DNA of 64,000 nucleotides from an uncultured Alphaproteobacteria bacterium (GTDB lineage Bacteria; Pseudomonadota; Alphaproteobacteria; CAAHEQ01; UBA3637): NCBI GenBank assembly GCA_944392125.1, contig CALXVP010000001.1, positions 4,325 to 68,324 of the forward strand, read 5' to 3'. Shown piece by piece: positions 9,993 to 18,639 of this stretch (position 1 is its first letter; each line of letters starts with the position of its first letter). The notes under the pieces were generated by a model. It saw only the letters and a program-made list of their open reading frames with translations, ran no database searches and was not told where the DNA came from. The position numbers and the translations under genes were made by a program.

Positions 9993-10027
9993 GCATTCAA
10001 CGTGTTGGGCGATGAATGCTTTTTTTT
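9993..10027 (+). terminator. Rho-independent terminator after murA (GCATTCA...TGAATGC + T8). It also lies at the 3' end of the convergent minus-strand gene.
   Basis: Perfect 7-bp stem, 13-nt loop, and a run of 8 T. Confidence 0.6.
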
Positions 10028-10055
10028 GATAATGAAAAGTGAGCTTTAAACAAAA

Positions 10056-12869
10056 TCAGTTCAACCTGATTTTACACGTATAACCCGTAATCACGCCATC
10101 GGCATTTGTAGAAGCAACAGCCTCGCGATTATCGCAACTATTGCATAATGCAACGGATTCGCTATCCATCCCGATAGCACGATTCCCACCCTCGCCACAT
10201 AACAAGCAATTTCCGTTGGAATCTTGCCACAAGCCAGGCGTGCATTCTTCCACACATTTTGCCGTGAGATTATTTGTTGAGGCATTACCAAGCGTCATTT
10301 CACGCCGATTATCGCAAGAATCGCAAAGATTATCTTCATTCGGATTAACGGCTACATTCTTTTCCGAGCAATCCCGACACGTATTATTTTTATCTAAAAA
10401 CTGGTGTGTTTCTTCGCATTTGCCGTATTGGCACAACCCGTTGCTATACCGTCTGTTTGCGCATAAATTGCATTGTGCGACTCCGGCACCCGGAGACACC
10501 TTTTCATCGGAACAAGAATAGCATTTATAATCGTTTCCACGAAATAATTCGCCATCATGATCGCCGTCAAGATAAGACTTAGCCTTAGCTTTGATATCAT
10601 CATTCAAATTATCAATTAAAGGTCCATCCAGACTACTGCATACCCCACTGATTCCGGGATCTATTTTATAACAATCACCATTTACTGACATTCTGTTTCC
10701 GCAAGCAATACATGAAGAGATAGCATTAGAATTAGTGTTTACTCGAACACTGCCACTATTTGAGCACAAGAAACAAGTTCCATCTGTATTTTTAAAATAC
10801 AAGTTATCTGAAGGGCACCATTTTGATGCACAATGCAATCGATCGGTTACATATGCATCGCGAGAATCTGAACAAATCTCTTCACACTCATCTTCTACTA
10901 ATGGATCAAAAACATCATATCCACTACAACTTCTGCAAAAACCATCATTTCTATGAATTTGTCCTTCGGAACATTTAGGAACACAGTACAAAATTCCTTG
11001 GGTTGATCTTTTTTTAATTCGTGTTATTTTTGAATTTTTACAATTTTCTTCGCATGATACATCATCTTCGGATATTGCAACCCCCGTATTCCTTGTGCAA
11101 GGATAACACTTTCCATCTTTCCCACTAAATTCGCCTTCAGCACATTTTTGTTTAAGGACACAATAGCTCGTTTCTGCATTCAACTCAACAACCTCTCTGC
11201 CACACGCCTCACACAATTGTCTTGCTGTTTCATCTTGGGTATAGATAGTGTTGACGCTTGTATTATCGTTACATGGTAAACATTTTCCACTATTATTTTG
11301 CCATAAACGATTACAATTTGCAGGATCATCACATGTTTGCGGAGAATCTTGTGGTTGAGTGCACTCAATGCTACAATACATTTCTCCCTGTAGCGATATA
11401 CGCGCCTTCCTATTAGGACATTTATTGCACAAATCCACAAAATAATCCATTTGATTATTGGATGAAATTGAATGAATTTCAACTATATAAGATTTTGTAT
11501 CCGCCTCACAAGGGATGCATTTTCCTGTATTAACCTCCTGAAATTCGTTAATTGAACAACTTGATTTCGAGTTACACATACGTAAATTATGTCTTGTCCA
11601 CCAGAATCTATCCTCGCCACAAGCTAAACACTGGGCTTTTGAAACCGCATCACCGCTGATGGTATGCGGTGTTTTATCCGAACAAGGCACACAGCCCGCA
11701 CCGTCGCTTGCTTGATACGTATATCCGTTTGTGCAAGCGTAAGAGCAATACGCTTTTTCATCATCCACATCACCGCTGTATCTTGTCGGATTTTGGCATA
11801 ATGCACATTGTTCCAATCCTGATTTACCGTCTCTGAAACCCAATGCCGGATTTTCATAAATTGTTTTACTTACCAAAAAGTTATTGGGATTATCGCACGG
11901 CACACAAACTCCGTTCGGCGTGCGGAATTCTTCCCCATCCACACACGCTTCCTCTATCCGTTCGCAGGTATGCGTTATTTCCGAACACGTGTATTGTGAT
12001 CCCTTGCTCGCGCAGTCCGACGGCTCTAAACACTCCACACAACTGCAACTTTCTTGCAAACAATATGGCCTACTTGCATTCCCCGTGCACGCATCTTCAC
12101 ATGTCAATGTATCGCCGTTGCAAACGGGCGTTCCGCAACAGGAACTGCAATCACTCTCTTCCACGCAATTTTCATTGATTAACGAATCCGATTCACTATT
12201 CAAAAATATCGTAAACACCATTTCATTTTGAGCACTTTCACTCACCTCTCCGCAGATAGATACATCGCCCATATATTTGACATCATTCACCTGCACAAAC
12301 TGCAATCCCTTAATCACATCTATCAACGGCATATTTAATACTTGCCGACAAATTCTCGGGCTCACTTCTTCCACATATATCTTTACCGCCACATCCGGCT
12401 TTGATTCCATATAAATCGGAAAACCCGTTCCCGTTACCGTCGGATACTCCGGAAAATCCGTCTCTTCATCTTCGTTCGGATACGGCAACGGCATTTCTTG
12501 ATACCGATGCCATACATCCGTTGCCCTTAAATTCACTTCATATACAATATCGTTTGACCGATATTTTTCCATGGCATACCGATAGCCTGTAATGCCCGCA
12601 ACCGACAACACACCAATCACCGCCAATACGCCCAGCATTTCTACCATACTCCGCCCGTATTCGGCTAAATACATACCCCTTAATCCGTTCAATCTGGATT
12701 GAGGTTTAATTTGTCCCGAATATTCCGCTTTTTGATTGTTTTTCAAGCGCGTGAGGCTATTTTGATTCGCTGATTTTATCTCTTGTTTTGCGCGATTCGC
12801 CTTAAATTCCCCGTTTTTTGCTTTTTGTGCATAAAAAGAAGCCACGTTAACTATTTGTTTTATTTTCAT
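10056..12869 (-). CDS. Giant cysteine-rich protein with a type-IV-prepilin-like N-terminal domain (paralog A)
   Basis: The N-terminal region reads ...AEYG|RSMVEMLGVLAVIGVLSVAGITGYRYAMEKY. That is Gly, then Glu at +5, then about 20 hydrophobic residues and YxY, the class III (prepilin) signal pattern. The rest is about 750 aa with roughly 10 repeats of (D/N)GxCxxC-x12-18-CxxC(G/D)(N/E)R. The start was moved to the ATG at 12869 (MKIKQIV), which is preceded by a GGGGAGAAG RBS. The ORF-track Met at 12884 lies inside that RBS. Confidence 0.6.
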   Translation of the reverse strand: MKIKQIVNVASFYAQKAKNGEFKANRAKQEIKSANQNSLTRLKNNQKAEYSGQIKPQSRLNGLRGMYLAEYGRSMVEMLGVLAVIGVLSVAGITGYRYAMEKYRSNDIVYEVNLRATDVWHRYQEMPLPYPNEDEETDFPEYPTVTGTGFPIYMESKPDVAVKIYVEEVSPRICRQVLNMPLIDVIKGLQFVQVNDVKYMGDVSICGEVSESAQNEMVFTIFLNSESDSLINENCVEESDCSSCCGTPVCNGDTLTCEDACTGNASRPYCLQESCSCVECLEPSDCASKGSQYTCSEITHTCERIEEACVDGEEFRTPNGVCVPCDNPNNFLVSKTIYENPALGFRDGKSGLEQCALCQNPTRYSGDVDDEKAYCSYACTNGYTYQASDGAGCVPCSDKTPHTISGDAVSKAQCLACGEDRFWWTRHNLRMCNSKSSCSINEFQEVNTGKCIPCEADTKSYIVEIHSISSNNQMDYFVDLCNKCPNRKARISLQGEMYCSIECTQPQDSPQTCDDPANCNRLWQNNSGKCLPCNDNTSVNTIYTQDETARQLCEACGREVVELNAETSYCVLKQKCAEGEFSGKDGKCYPCTRNTGVAISEDDVSCEENCKNSKITRIKKRSTQGILYCVPKCSEGQIHRNDGFCRSCSGYDVFDPLVEDECEEICSDSRDAYVTDRLHCASKWCPSDNLYFKNTDGTCFLCSNSGSVRVNTNSNAISSCIACGNRMSVNGDCYKIDPGISGVCSSLDGPLIDNLNDDIKAKAKSYLDGDHDGELFRGNDYKCYSCSDEKVSPGAGVAQCNLCANRRYSNGLCQYGKCEETHQFLDKNNTCRDCSEKNVAVNPNEDNLCDSCDNRREMTLGNASTNNLTAKCVEECTPGLWQDSNGNCLLCGEGGNRAIGMDSESVALCNSCDNREAVASTNADGVITGYTCKIRLN

Positions 12870-13070
12870 TTTTCTTCTCCCCATTCTTCATAAACGTCCG
12901 TTTATGTAGAGGGGAAACAGCGCAACATTGCCCCACAAAATAAAATTTTAAAAAATTGTTATTTTACAGGTAGATATTCATATTTAAATTTTTACTTGAT
13001 TATTTTAAAAATACCTTTATAATCCTCTTTATACTATATCATCTAGACGGACCTTTTTGTAGAGTGAAAA
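12870..13070 (-). promoter_or_regulatory. Conserved ~200-bp regulatory region upstream of paralog A. It contains the inverted repeat CATAAACG-TC-CGTTTATG (12889..12906) next to the RBS and a second related motif ...GACGGAC(C/G)TTT(T/A)TGTAGAG (13040..13064).
   Basis: About 90% identical to 49295..49495 upstream of paralog B. It is AT-rich between the two motifs. Confidence 0.55.
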
Positions 13071-13111
13071 AACATTCTCTGTTTTGTGCGATAATCCTAT
13101 CATCGGTATGA

Positions 13112-13151
13112 TAAAAAAATGATGAACAGTTTTAAGTCACTTGTTCATCAT
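13112..13151 (-). terminator. Rho-independent terminator downstream of the 13185..13991 gene (ATGATGAACA...TGTTCATCAT + T-run). It insulates the paralog-A regulatory region.
   Basis: 10-bp perfect stem with T-runs on both strands. Confidence 0.55.
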
Positions 13152-13184
13152 TTTTGCTTTAATATACGAGTCTGTTAAACTTCT

Positions 13185-13991
13185 TTACTTCCAATAGTCA
13201 TCAATCCAAGGGCAGGGAAGTAAATGTTTGTAAATTTTCTTAACACCGCGAGGGTATTTTCGATCGGCTTTGTTGGAACACCAGATTCCTTTTCGGGCAT
13301 CTTCCAAACCGGGCAACCCGTGAAAGGCAATCATCTTTAACCCCGGTACATCGGGGATTTTCGGCATTACAAAAGACCTCAAATACCACTTCGGCAAGCA
13401 ATGAAACCGAAAACTTTTAAACCAGTTCTCCGGCCAGAAATTTAAGTGTCCGTATTTTTCAATTACTTTATAGGAGAGGTATTCTTGTGATGCCGTATAG
13501 AATCTTTCCACCATTTCTTTCGGGTGCTCTTCAAAGTATCGCTTGATATATCCGAGTGTGCCGACAACGAATGAATAACAGCTTGCTTGCCCCACATGGT
13601 CGCCTTTTGTATTCCAATCGTTAATAATATAGAATTTATCGCCTTGGGGGTATTCAAAAAATTCATCTAAATTGCCCACAATTAACGAATCCAAATCAAA
13701 GAAGAAAACGCGTTGCCCCGTTAATCCGCCCAAATTGTCATCGCAAAGAGCGGCTTCTTTACGATAGGCATATTTTTGCGTGTATTCCTCTTCCCCCTTT
13801 TTTACATTTTCAAATTGCGGTAAGGGTCTGACGATAACATCATCTCTTAATCCTGTCGGATCCTCCGTAAAACAATAAAAATCAATATCATATTTTGTAT
13901 TGCGTTTTATCATGGAACACAATTTATTAACATCTTCGGCGGGGTATCCCGTTCCCCATTTGATGCAAATAACATTATACTTTTGAGTCAT
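13185..13991 (-). CDS. Hypothetical protein, possibly a GT-A-fold (DxD) nucleotide-sugar glycosyltransferase
   Basis: The start was set at the Met of MTQKYNV, preceded by AAGGAG. The sequence contains FFFDLDSLIVGNLDEFF (a DxD-like motif in hydrophobic context). No firm family assignment is possible by eye. Confidence 0.4.
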   Translation of the reverse strand: MTQKYNVICIKWGTGYPAEDVNKLCSMIKRNTKYDIDFYCFTEDPTGLRDDVIVRPLPQFENVKKGEEEYTQKYAYRKEAALCDDNLGGLTGQRVFFFDLDSLIVGNLDEFFEYPQGDKFYIINDWNTKGDHVGQASCYSFVVGTLGYIKRYFEEHPKEMVERFYTASQEYLSYKVIEKYGHLNFWPENWFKSFRFHCLPKWYLRSFVMPKIPDVPGLKMIAFHGLPGLEDARKGIWCSNKADRKYPRGVKKIYKHLLPCPWIDDYWK

Positions 13992-14058
13992 AAACACTCC
14001 TTTTCTATAATCAATCTCTCTTTGATGTAGCACATTCCGCTATCTTGTTCAAGTAAAA

Positions 14059-15759
14059 TTAAACACGAACCAAATGAACCTCAATCAACGGCTTTTTCCC
14101 GTAAAATTCTTTTAAAAATTGGCGAATACTCGTGCGAACGGCATTTTCAATCACGTCATCGCGTTGTTTATGATCGTTTGGCAGGTCATTAACGTCCGCC
14201 ATGATTTTATTTTTTAAGAGTGTTTCATCTTCTCCACCGGCTTCAAGCAATCCGAATGTTGATACATGTAAATCGCCCAGAATTTTTCCTTCGCCGTTTA
14301 ACACAATCGTAATCACAAAAGTGCCGTCTTCAATCATTTTACGCCGTTTGCGAATCACTTCGGCACCAAGCGGTAAAATCTTTTTGCCGTCTACTGCCAA
14401 AATGCCCGTCGGCACCGTGCCTAAAATTTGCGGGTTATCGTCTAATACCAAACAGGCTCCGTCTTCCAACGCAAAAGAAAACGGTGTTCCCCAATTTTTA
14501 GCCAAAGAAGCGTGCTCATTTAATTCGCGCGCTTCGCCATGAACGGGCAGGGCAATTTTCGGCTTGACCATCTTATACATTTCAACCAAATCCGGCCCGG
14601 CATAATGCCCCGATACGTGAACAAGCGCATCGCGGTTTGTAATGATTTGCACGCCTTTTGTTTTGAAGCGTTTTTGTAATAAAGCAATCGCCTTTTCATT
14701 GCCCGGAATAATGCGTGATGAAAAAATCACCACATCGTCCGGACCGAAATACACGCTGTTTTTTTGCGGTGTTAAAGCCGATAAGCTATTAAGAGCAGAA
14801 AAGGTTTCGCCTTGACTGCCCGTGCATATATATAACACGCTTCCGATCGGGCGTTCCAGCGCTTCGCTTTCCGACAGAAATTCGGGAATATCCGCCATGT
14901 ATCCCGTGGCGCGGGCAGCCGCATCAATGCGCCATAAACTCCGCCCCATTAAACAAACTTCTCTGCCATTGGCAACAGCCGCTTGATAAATGCTTTTAAT
15001 TCGGCTGACATTTGACGCAAAACAACCGACAGCGATTTGTTTATTCGGAAATTGCCCGATTAAATCAATAAGCGATTTTTGCACATCCGCTTCCGTTTCG
15101 TTCGTTTTCTCACCGAACACATTCGTTGAATCGCATACCAGAGCAAGCACGCCTTCTTTGCCGATTTCTTTCAAGCGTTTAAAATCTGTTTTTTGTTCTC
15201 CGACAGTATCATCATCCAATTTCCAATCGCCTGTATGAACAACCGTGCCTGCTTTTGTGCGAATGGCTAATGCACTGGCTTCCGGAATTGAGTGGCTCAT
15301 GGCGATAAATTCAACCTCAAACGGATTTAATTCAACCACACTCCCTTGATTGACGATGAACACGTCTGCCCGTCCGAGCAAGCCGGCTTCGTTTAATTTC
15401 CCCTCAACCAATTCTTTCGTAAACGGTGTTGCGTAAATCGGACATTGCAGTTGGTGCCATAAATAGCCGACGGCACCGATATGATCTTCATGACCATGCG
15501 TTAAAATTAACCCGACAATATCTTGCTTTTTATCAGCCAAGAAAGCGGGATCGGGCAATAATACGTCAACGCCCGGCAGTCCGTCTCCCGGAAAGCCGAC
15601 ACCGCAATCAACCAAGAGCCATTTCCCTTGATAGCCGTAAGCAAAAAAGTTCATGCCGATTTCCGTAGCTCCGCCGAGCGGAATAAAGACTAACTTATTT
15701 TGCGGAACAGTTAGATTTTGTTCTTCATTTAGAGCATTATTTTCATTTAATTCATTCAT
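14059..15759 (-). CDS. rnj: Ribonuclease J (metallo-beta-lactamase/beta-CASP RNase)
   Basis: 566 aa with HGHEDHIGA (MBL motif II) and the beta-CASP and C-terminal domains typical of RNase J. Confidence 0.85.
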   Translation of the reverse strand: MNELNENNALNEEQNLTVPQNKLVFIPLGGATEIGMNFFAYGYQGKWLLVDCGVGFPGDGLPGVDVLLPDPAFLADKKQDIVGLILTHGHEDHIGAVGYLWHQLQCPIYATPFTKELVEGKLNEAGLLGRADVFIVNQGSVVELNPFEVEFIAMSHSIPEASALAIRTKAGTVVHTGDWKLDDDTVGEQKTDFKRLKEIGKEGVLALVCDSTNVFGEKTNETEADVQKSLIDLIGQFPNKQIAVGCFASNVSRIKSIYQAAVANGREVCLMGRSLWRIDAAARATGYMADIPEFLSESEALERPIGSVLYICTGSQGETFSALNSLSALTPQKNSVYFGPDDVVIFSSRIIPGNEKAIALLQKRFKTKGVQIITNRDALVHVSGHYAGPDLVEMYKMVKPKIALPVHGEARELNEHASLAKNWGTPFSFALEDGACLVLDDNPQILGTVPTGILAVDGKKILPLGAEVIRKRRKMIEDGTFVITIVLNGEGKILGDLHVSTFGLLEAGGEDETLLKNKIMADVNDLPNDHKQRDDVIENAVRTSIRQFLKEFYGKKPLIEVHLVRV

Positions 15760-15762
15760 ATT

Positions 15763-16473
15763 TTATCCTTTTTTATTTTGTTCAAAAAATACATCTCCGA
15801 CGGTGATAAGCCGAACGGTGTTGTTTGCTTGTTTCAGGGAAATCGCCCCCTGTGGCGTAAATGATTCAAATAGGCCCGTAAGTGTTTCGTTGGGCAACGA
15901 TACGCGTATTGTTTCACCGATTCCGACAGCGTATTTCAGCCACTTTGCGCGAATGGGTGCAAAGCCTTCTTGCGCTAATAATTCGGCATTGTGAGCCAAA
16001 TTTGCGGTTAGTTTCATAATTAAATCTTCTTTTCTTACTTTCCCGCTTAAAGAAGCCGTGCGGTAAAGAACGTTTTGCGTCGGAGCGCTGACAAGATTAA
16101 TGCCGATGCCGATAATCACTTTATCATCCGTTCGTTCCAATAAAATACCGGCCAGTTTCCCGCCATCTAGCAAAATATCGTTCGGCCACTTAATCCGCAC
16201 GGGGAAGGGCGCCAGCGAATCGGCAACGGAAACGGCCGAGACAAATGTTAAAAGCGGGGTATCGTTGCCGTAATCAGGCAGAACGGCGCTTAAAAACAGA
16301 TTCCCCTCTTCACTCAGCCATTGACGGCCATAACGCCCGCGTCCGGCCGTTTGCTTTTGGGCAACGATAACCGACCCGACGGGATAGTTAACTGCCTCGT
16401 CGTTCGTAGAATTAACTTCTTTAAAATAATAGTATTTCCAATTCATTTGTTGTCTGCATAGCATATTTTTCAT
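15763..16473 (-). CDS. birA: Biotin--[acetyl-CoA-carboxylase] ligase (no N-terminal HTH domain)
   Basis: 236 aa with the BirA catalytic motif QTAGRGRYGRQW and ...GKLAGILLE. Confidence 0.85.
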   Translation of the reverse strand: MKNMLCRQQMNWKYYYFKEVNSTNDEAVNYPVGSVIVAQKQTAGRGRYGRQWLSEEGNLFLSAVLPDYGNDTPLLTFVSAVSVADSLAPFPVRIKWPNDILLDGGKLAGILLERTDDKVIIGIGINLVSAPTQNVLYRTASLSGKVRKEDLIMKLTANLAHNAELLAQEGFAPIRAKWLKYAVGIGETIRVSLPNETLTGLFESFTPQGAISLKQANNTVRLITVGDVFFEQNKKG

Positions 16474-16550
16474 AAAAAAGCAAAGAAAAACCTTGATTTC
16501 GGTATAACTTTAAAGATATATTAAAACAAGCGAAATGAACGGAGGAATGA

Positions 16551-16772
16551 ATGATAAGAAAAATACTGCTGGTCTTGGGTGTTTTGGTGTTAATCGGATG
16601 TATTTGGTCGGCACTTTCGGGTGAAAACGAAAAAACGGATCAAACCGCCGTAATGCGCGATATGCCGACGGAGGAAGAACAACAAGCACTGGAAGAAAGT
16701 CAGTTGCCACCGGAAACGGTTTCTCCCAGCGATATGGAAGATCAATTCCCCGAAAATGCCGAACACGATTAA
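16551..16772 (+). CDS. Small membrane-anchored acidic hypothetical protein (73 aa)
   Basis: N-terminal transmembrane segment (ILLVLGVLVLIGCIWSAL) followed by a Glu/Asp-rich tail. GGAGGA RBS 5 nt upstream. Confidence 0.35.
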   Translation: MIRKILLVLGVLVLIGCIWSALSGENEKTDQTAVMRDMPTEEEQQALEESQLPPETVSPSDMEDQFPENAEHD

Positions 16773-16882
16773 ATACTCTTTGGGCGGATTTTGAGAGGCT
16801 TCTTTTAAGGAGTATCGAGATATTAAGAGAAACAACTGCAAGGAAGGCCCGTTGCTACAACGCAACTGATTGAGGATAAAAA

Positions 16883-17275
16883 ATGGATATACAAGAATTA
16901 AGAGAAAATTTCTCATACTTAACAGATTGGGAAGATAAATATCGGTATTTAATTGAACTCGGCGATATGCTTCCTCCGTTTCCCGAAGAAGCCAAAACAG
17001 ATGAAAATAAGGTGGAAGGCTGTATGTCGCAGGTTTGGTTTTTGCACAAAATGCAAGGAAATAAGCACTGCTTTTCGGCAACAAGTGATGCGCATATTGT
17101 GCGCGGATTAGAATCCGTTTTGCTGATTTTGATTAACGATAAAACAACCGAAGAAATTAAAGCCGTTAATATAGAGGCCGTTTTTGACGAATTGGGGCTT
17201 TCGGATAATCTTTCGCCCACCAGAAGAAACGGATTCTATGCCATGGTTGAGCGCGTTCATCAATTAATCGGATAA
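16883..17275 (+). CDS. sufE: Cysteine desulfuration protein SufE
   Basis: 130 aa with the conserved Cys in ...VEGCMSQVWF... and a SufE-like N-terminus. Confidence 0.85.
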   Translation: MDIQELRENFSYLTDWEDKYRYLIELGDMLPPFPEEAKTDENKVEGCMSQVWFLHKMQGNKHCFSATSDAHIVRGLESVLLILINDKTTEEIKAVNIEAVFDELGLSDNLSPTRRNGFYAMVERVHQLIG

Positions 17276-17367
17276 GTTGTTCGCTCTTTATCAAGCGTTA
17301 TCGTTGATAGCATTTTAATAGATTTTTTCAAAAAAATAAAATATATTTTTATGAATGTTTACAATAA

Positions 17368-17409
17368 ATAAGGCCTTGAAGTTTATTCAAAGCCTTATTT
17401 TATTTTTTT
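17368..17409. terminator. Bidirectional rho-independent terminator between sufE (+) and tyrS (-)
   Basis: ATAAGGCCTTGAA...TTCAAAGCCTTAT stem with T/A runs on both sides. Confidence 0.5.
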
Positions 17410-17423
17410 CAATAGAAACACCG

Positions 17424-18626
17424 TTATTTTAAAGTGAAAAATCCGCGCTTTCCGAATTTTAATTTGATTTCTTCGCCGGTGTTTGAAAGTTGGGCAGAGA
17501 TATTTGTTTCTTTTTCGCCGTTCACCGAAACCGCACCGCTTTCAATTAAGCGACGAATGTTGGATTTGCTTTGGCCCAATAAAAATGCGCCCAAGTCTAC
17601 CAATCCGATAGAATCCGTTTGCGGTAAATCCTGCCACGAAATCGGTTTAAATTCTTTTGTATCAAATCCTTTTTGTTGCACTTGTTTATAGAAGAATGAA
17701 GCGGCTTCTTCCGCGGCTTCTTTGCTGTGGTATTGCTCAACAATGTTGTAGGCAATCTTCTTTTTGATTTCCATCGGATTAACCGTGTTATTTTTGTAGT
17801 CGGCAATCGCATTTGCTTTTTCTTCCGCTGTCCAGCTTGTTGTTAATTCAACCCATTCCGGAATTAAGAAGTCGGGGATTGACATTGTCTTCCCAAACAT
17901 ATCATGCGGATGCTCCGCTAAGCCGATATAATTGCCCTTGGATTTACTCATTTTAATATGACCGTCCAAACCGCGCAATAAGGGCATTGTTAAAACCGTT
18001 TGACCCGGCATACCCAGGCTTTCTTGCAACGATTTCCCGAATAAACAGTTGAGCAGTTGATCGTGCCCGCCAAATTCAATATCTGCCTTGATGGCTACCG
18101 AGTCATATCCTTGAATAATCGGATAAATCAGTTCGTGTAAAGCGATGGGAATGTTATTTTGGTATCTGTTCTTAAAATCCTCGCGTTGCATCATTTGCGA
18201 AAGCGTTGCGCGCGAAAGAAGTTTTAAAATATCTGCAAAATTCATCTTGCCCAACCAATCATTGTTATAATGAATATGAATTTTGCTCGTATCAAAAATT
18301 TTTGAAAGTTGATCAACGTATGTTTTAGAGTTAAACTCAATTTCTTCGGGTGTCAATGGCGGACGTGTTGTATTGCGCCCCGAGGGATCCCCGACTAATG
18401 CCGTAAAATTACCGACGATAAGATGTGCTTCATGTCCGGCCTCCATAAATTCACGAATTTTTTTGAGCCCGACGGCATGACCTAAATGTAAATCGGGCGC
18501 CGTTGGGTCCATACCGAATTTAATAATCAGCGGACGATTTTCTTTTTTTGCCATTTCCAATTTTTCTTTTAGTCCGTTGGCAGGGACAATGCTTTCAATT
18601 CCAAAAGAGAGTTCTGATTCATTCAT
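17424..18626 (-). CDS. tyrS: Tyrosine--tRNA ligase
   Basis: 400 aa with HLGH (DLHLGHAV) and KMSKS (KMSKSKGN) class I motifs and a C-terminal S4-like domain. Confidence 0.93.
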   Translation of the reverse strand: MNESELSFGIESIVPANGLKEKLEMAKKENRPLIIKFGMDPTAPDLHLGHAVGLKKIREFMEAGHEAHLIVGNFTALVGDPSGRNTTRPPLTPEEIEFNSKTYVDQLSKIFDTSKIHIHYNNDWLGKMNFADILKLLSRATLSQMMQREDFKNRYQNNIPIALHELIYPIIQGYDSVAIKADIEFGGHDQLLNCLFGKSLQESLGMPGQTVLTMPLLRGLDGHIKMSKSKGNYIGLAEHPHDMFGKTMSIPDFLIPEWVELTTSWTAEEKANAIADYKNNTVNPMEIKKKIAYNIVEQYHSKEAAEEAASFFYKQVQQKGFDTKEFKPISWQDLPQTDSIGLVDLGAFLLGQSKSNIRRLIESGAVSVNGEKETNISAQLSNTGEEIKLKFGKRGFFTLK

Positions 18627-18639
18627 TTTTTTATCCTTT

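Noticed and set aside
10056-12869. Interpreting the Cys-rich modules as eukaryote-derived (Giardia VSP-like, furin-like or Paramecium surface-antigen-like) domains acquired by horizontal transfer
   Set aside because: The CxxC periodicity is suggestive, but such spacing arises easily and I cannot run the profile search that would be needed. It is kept as something to test, not as a call.
12870-12884. ORF-track start codons for both pilin-like genes (MGRRK... at 12884; MQSDVALYP... at 49363) and the GTG start for atpD at 58826
   Set aside because: In each case the 'start' lies inside or upstream of a clear Shine-Dalgarno sequence (GGGGAGAAG / AAAGAAAGGGTG) that is followed at the correct spacing by an ATG giving a conserved N-terminus. 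The upstream extensions are read-through of 5'UTR.
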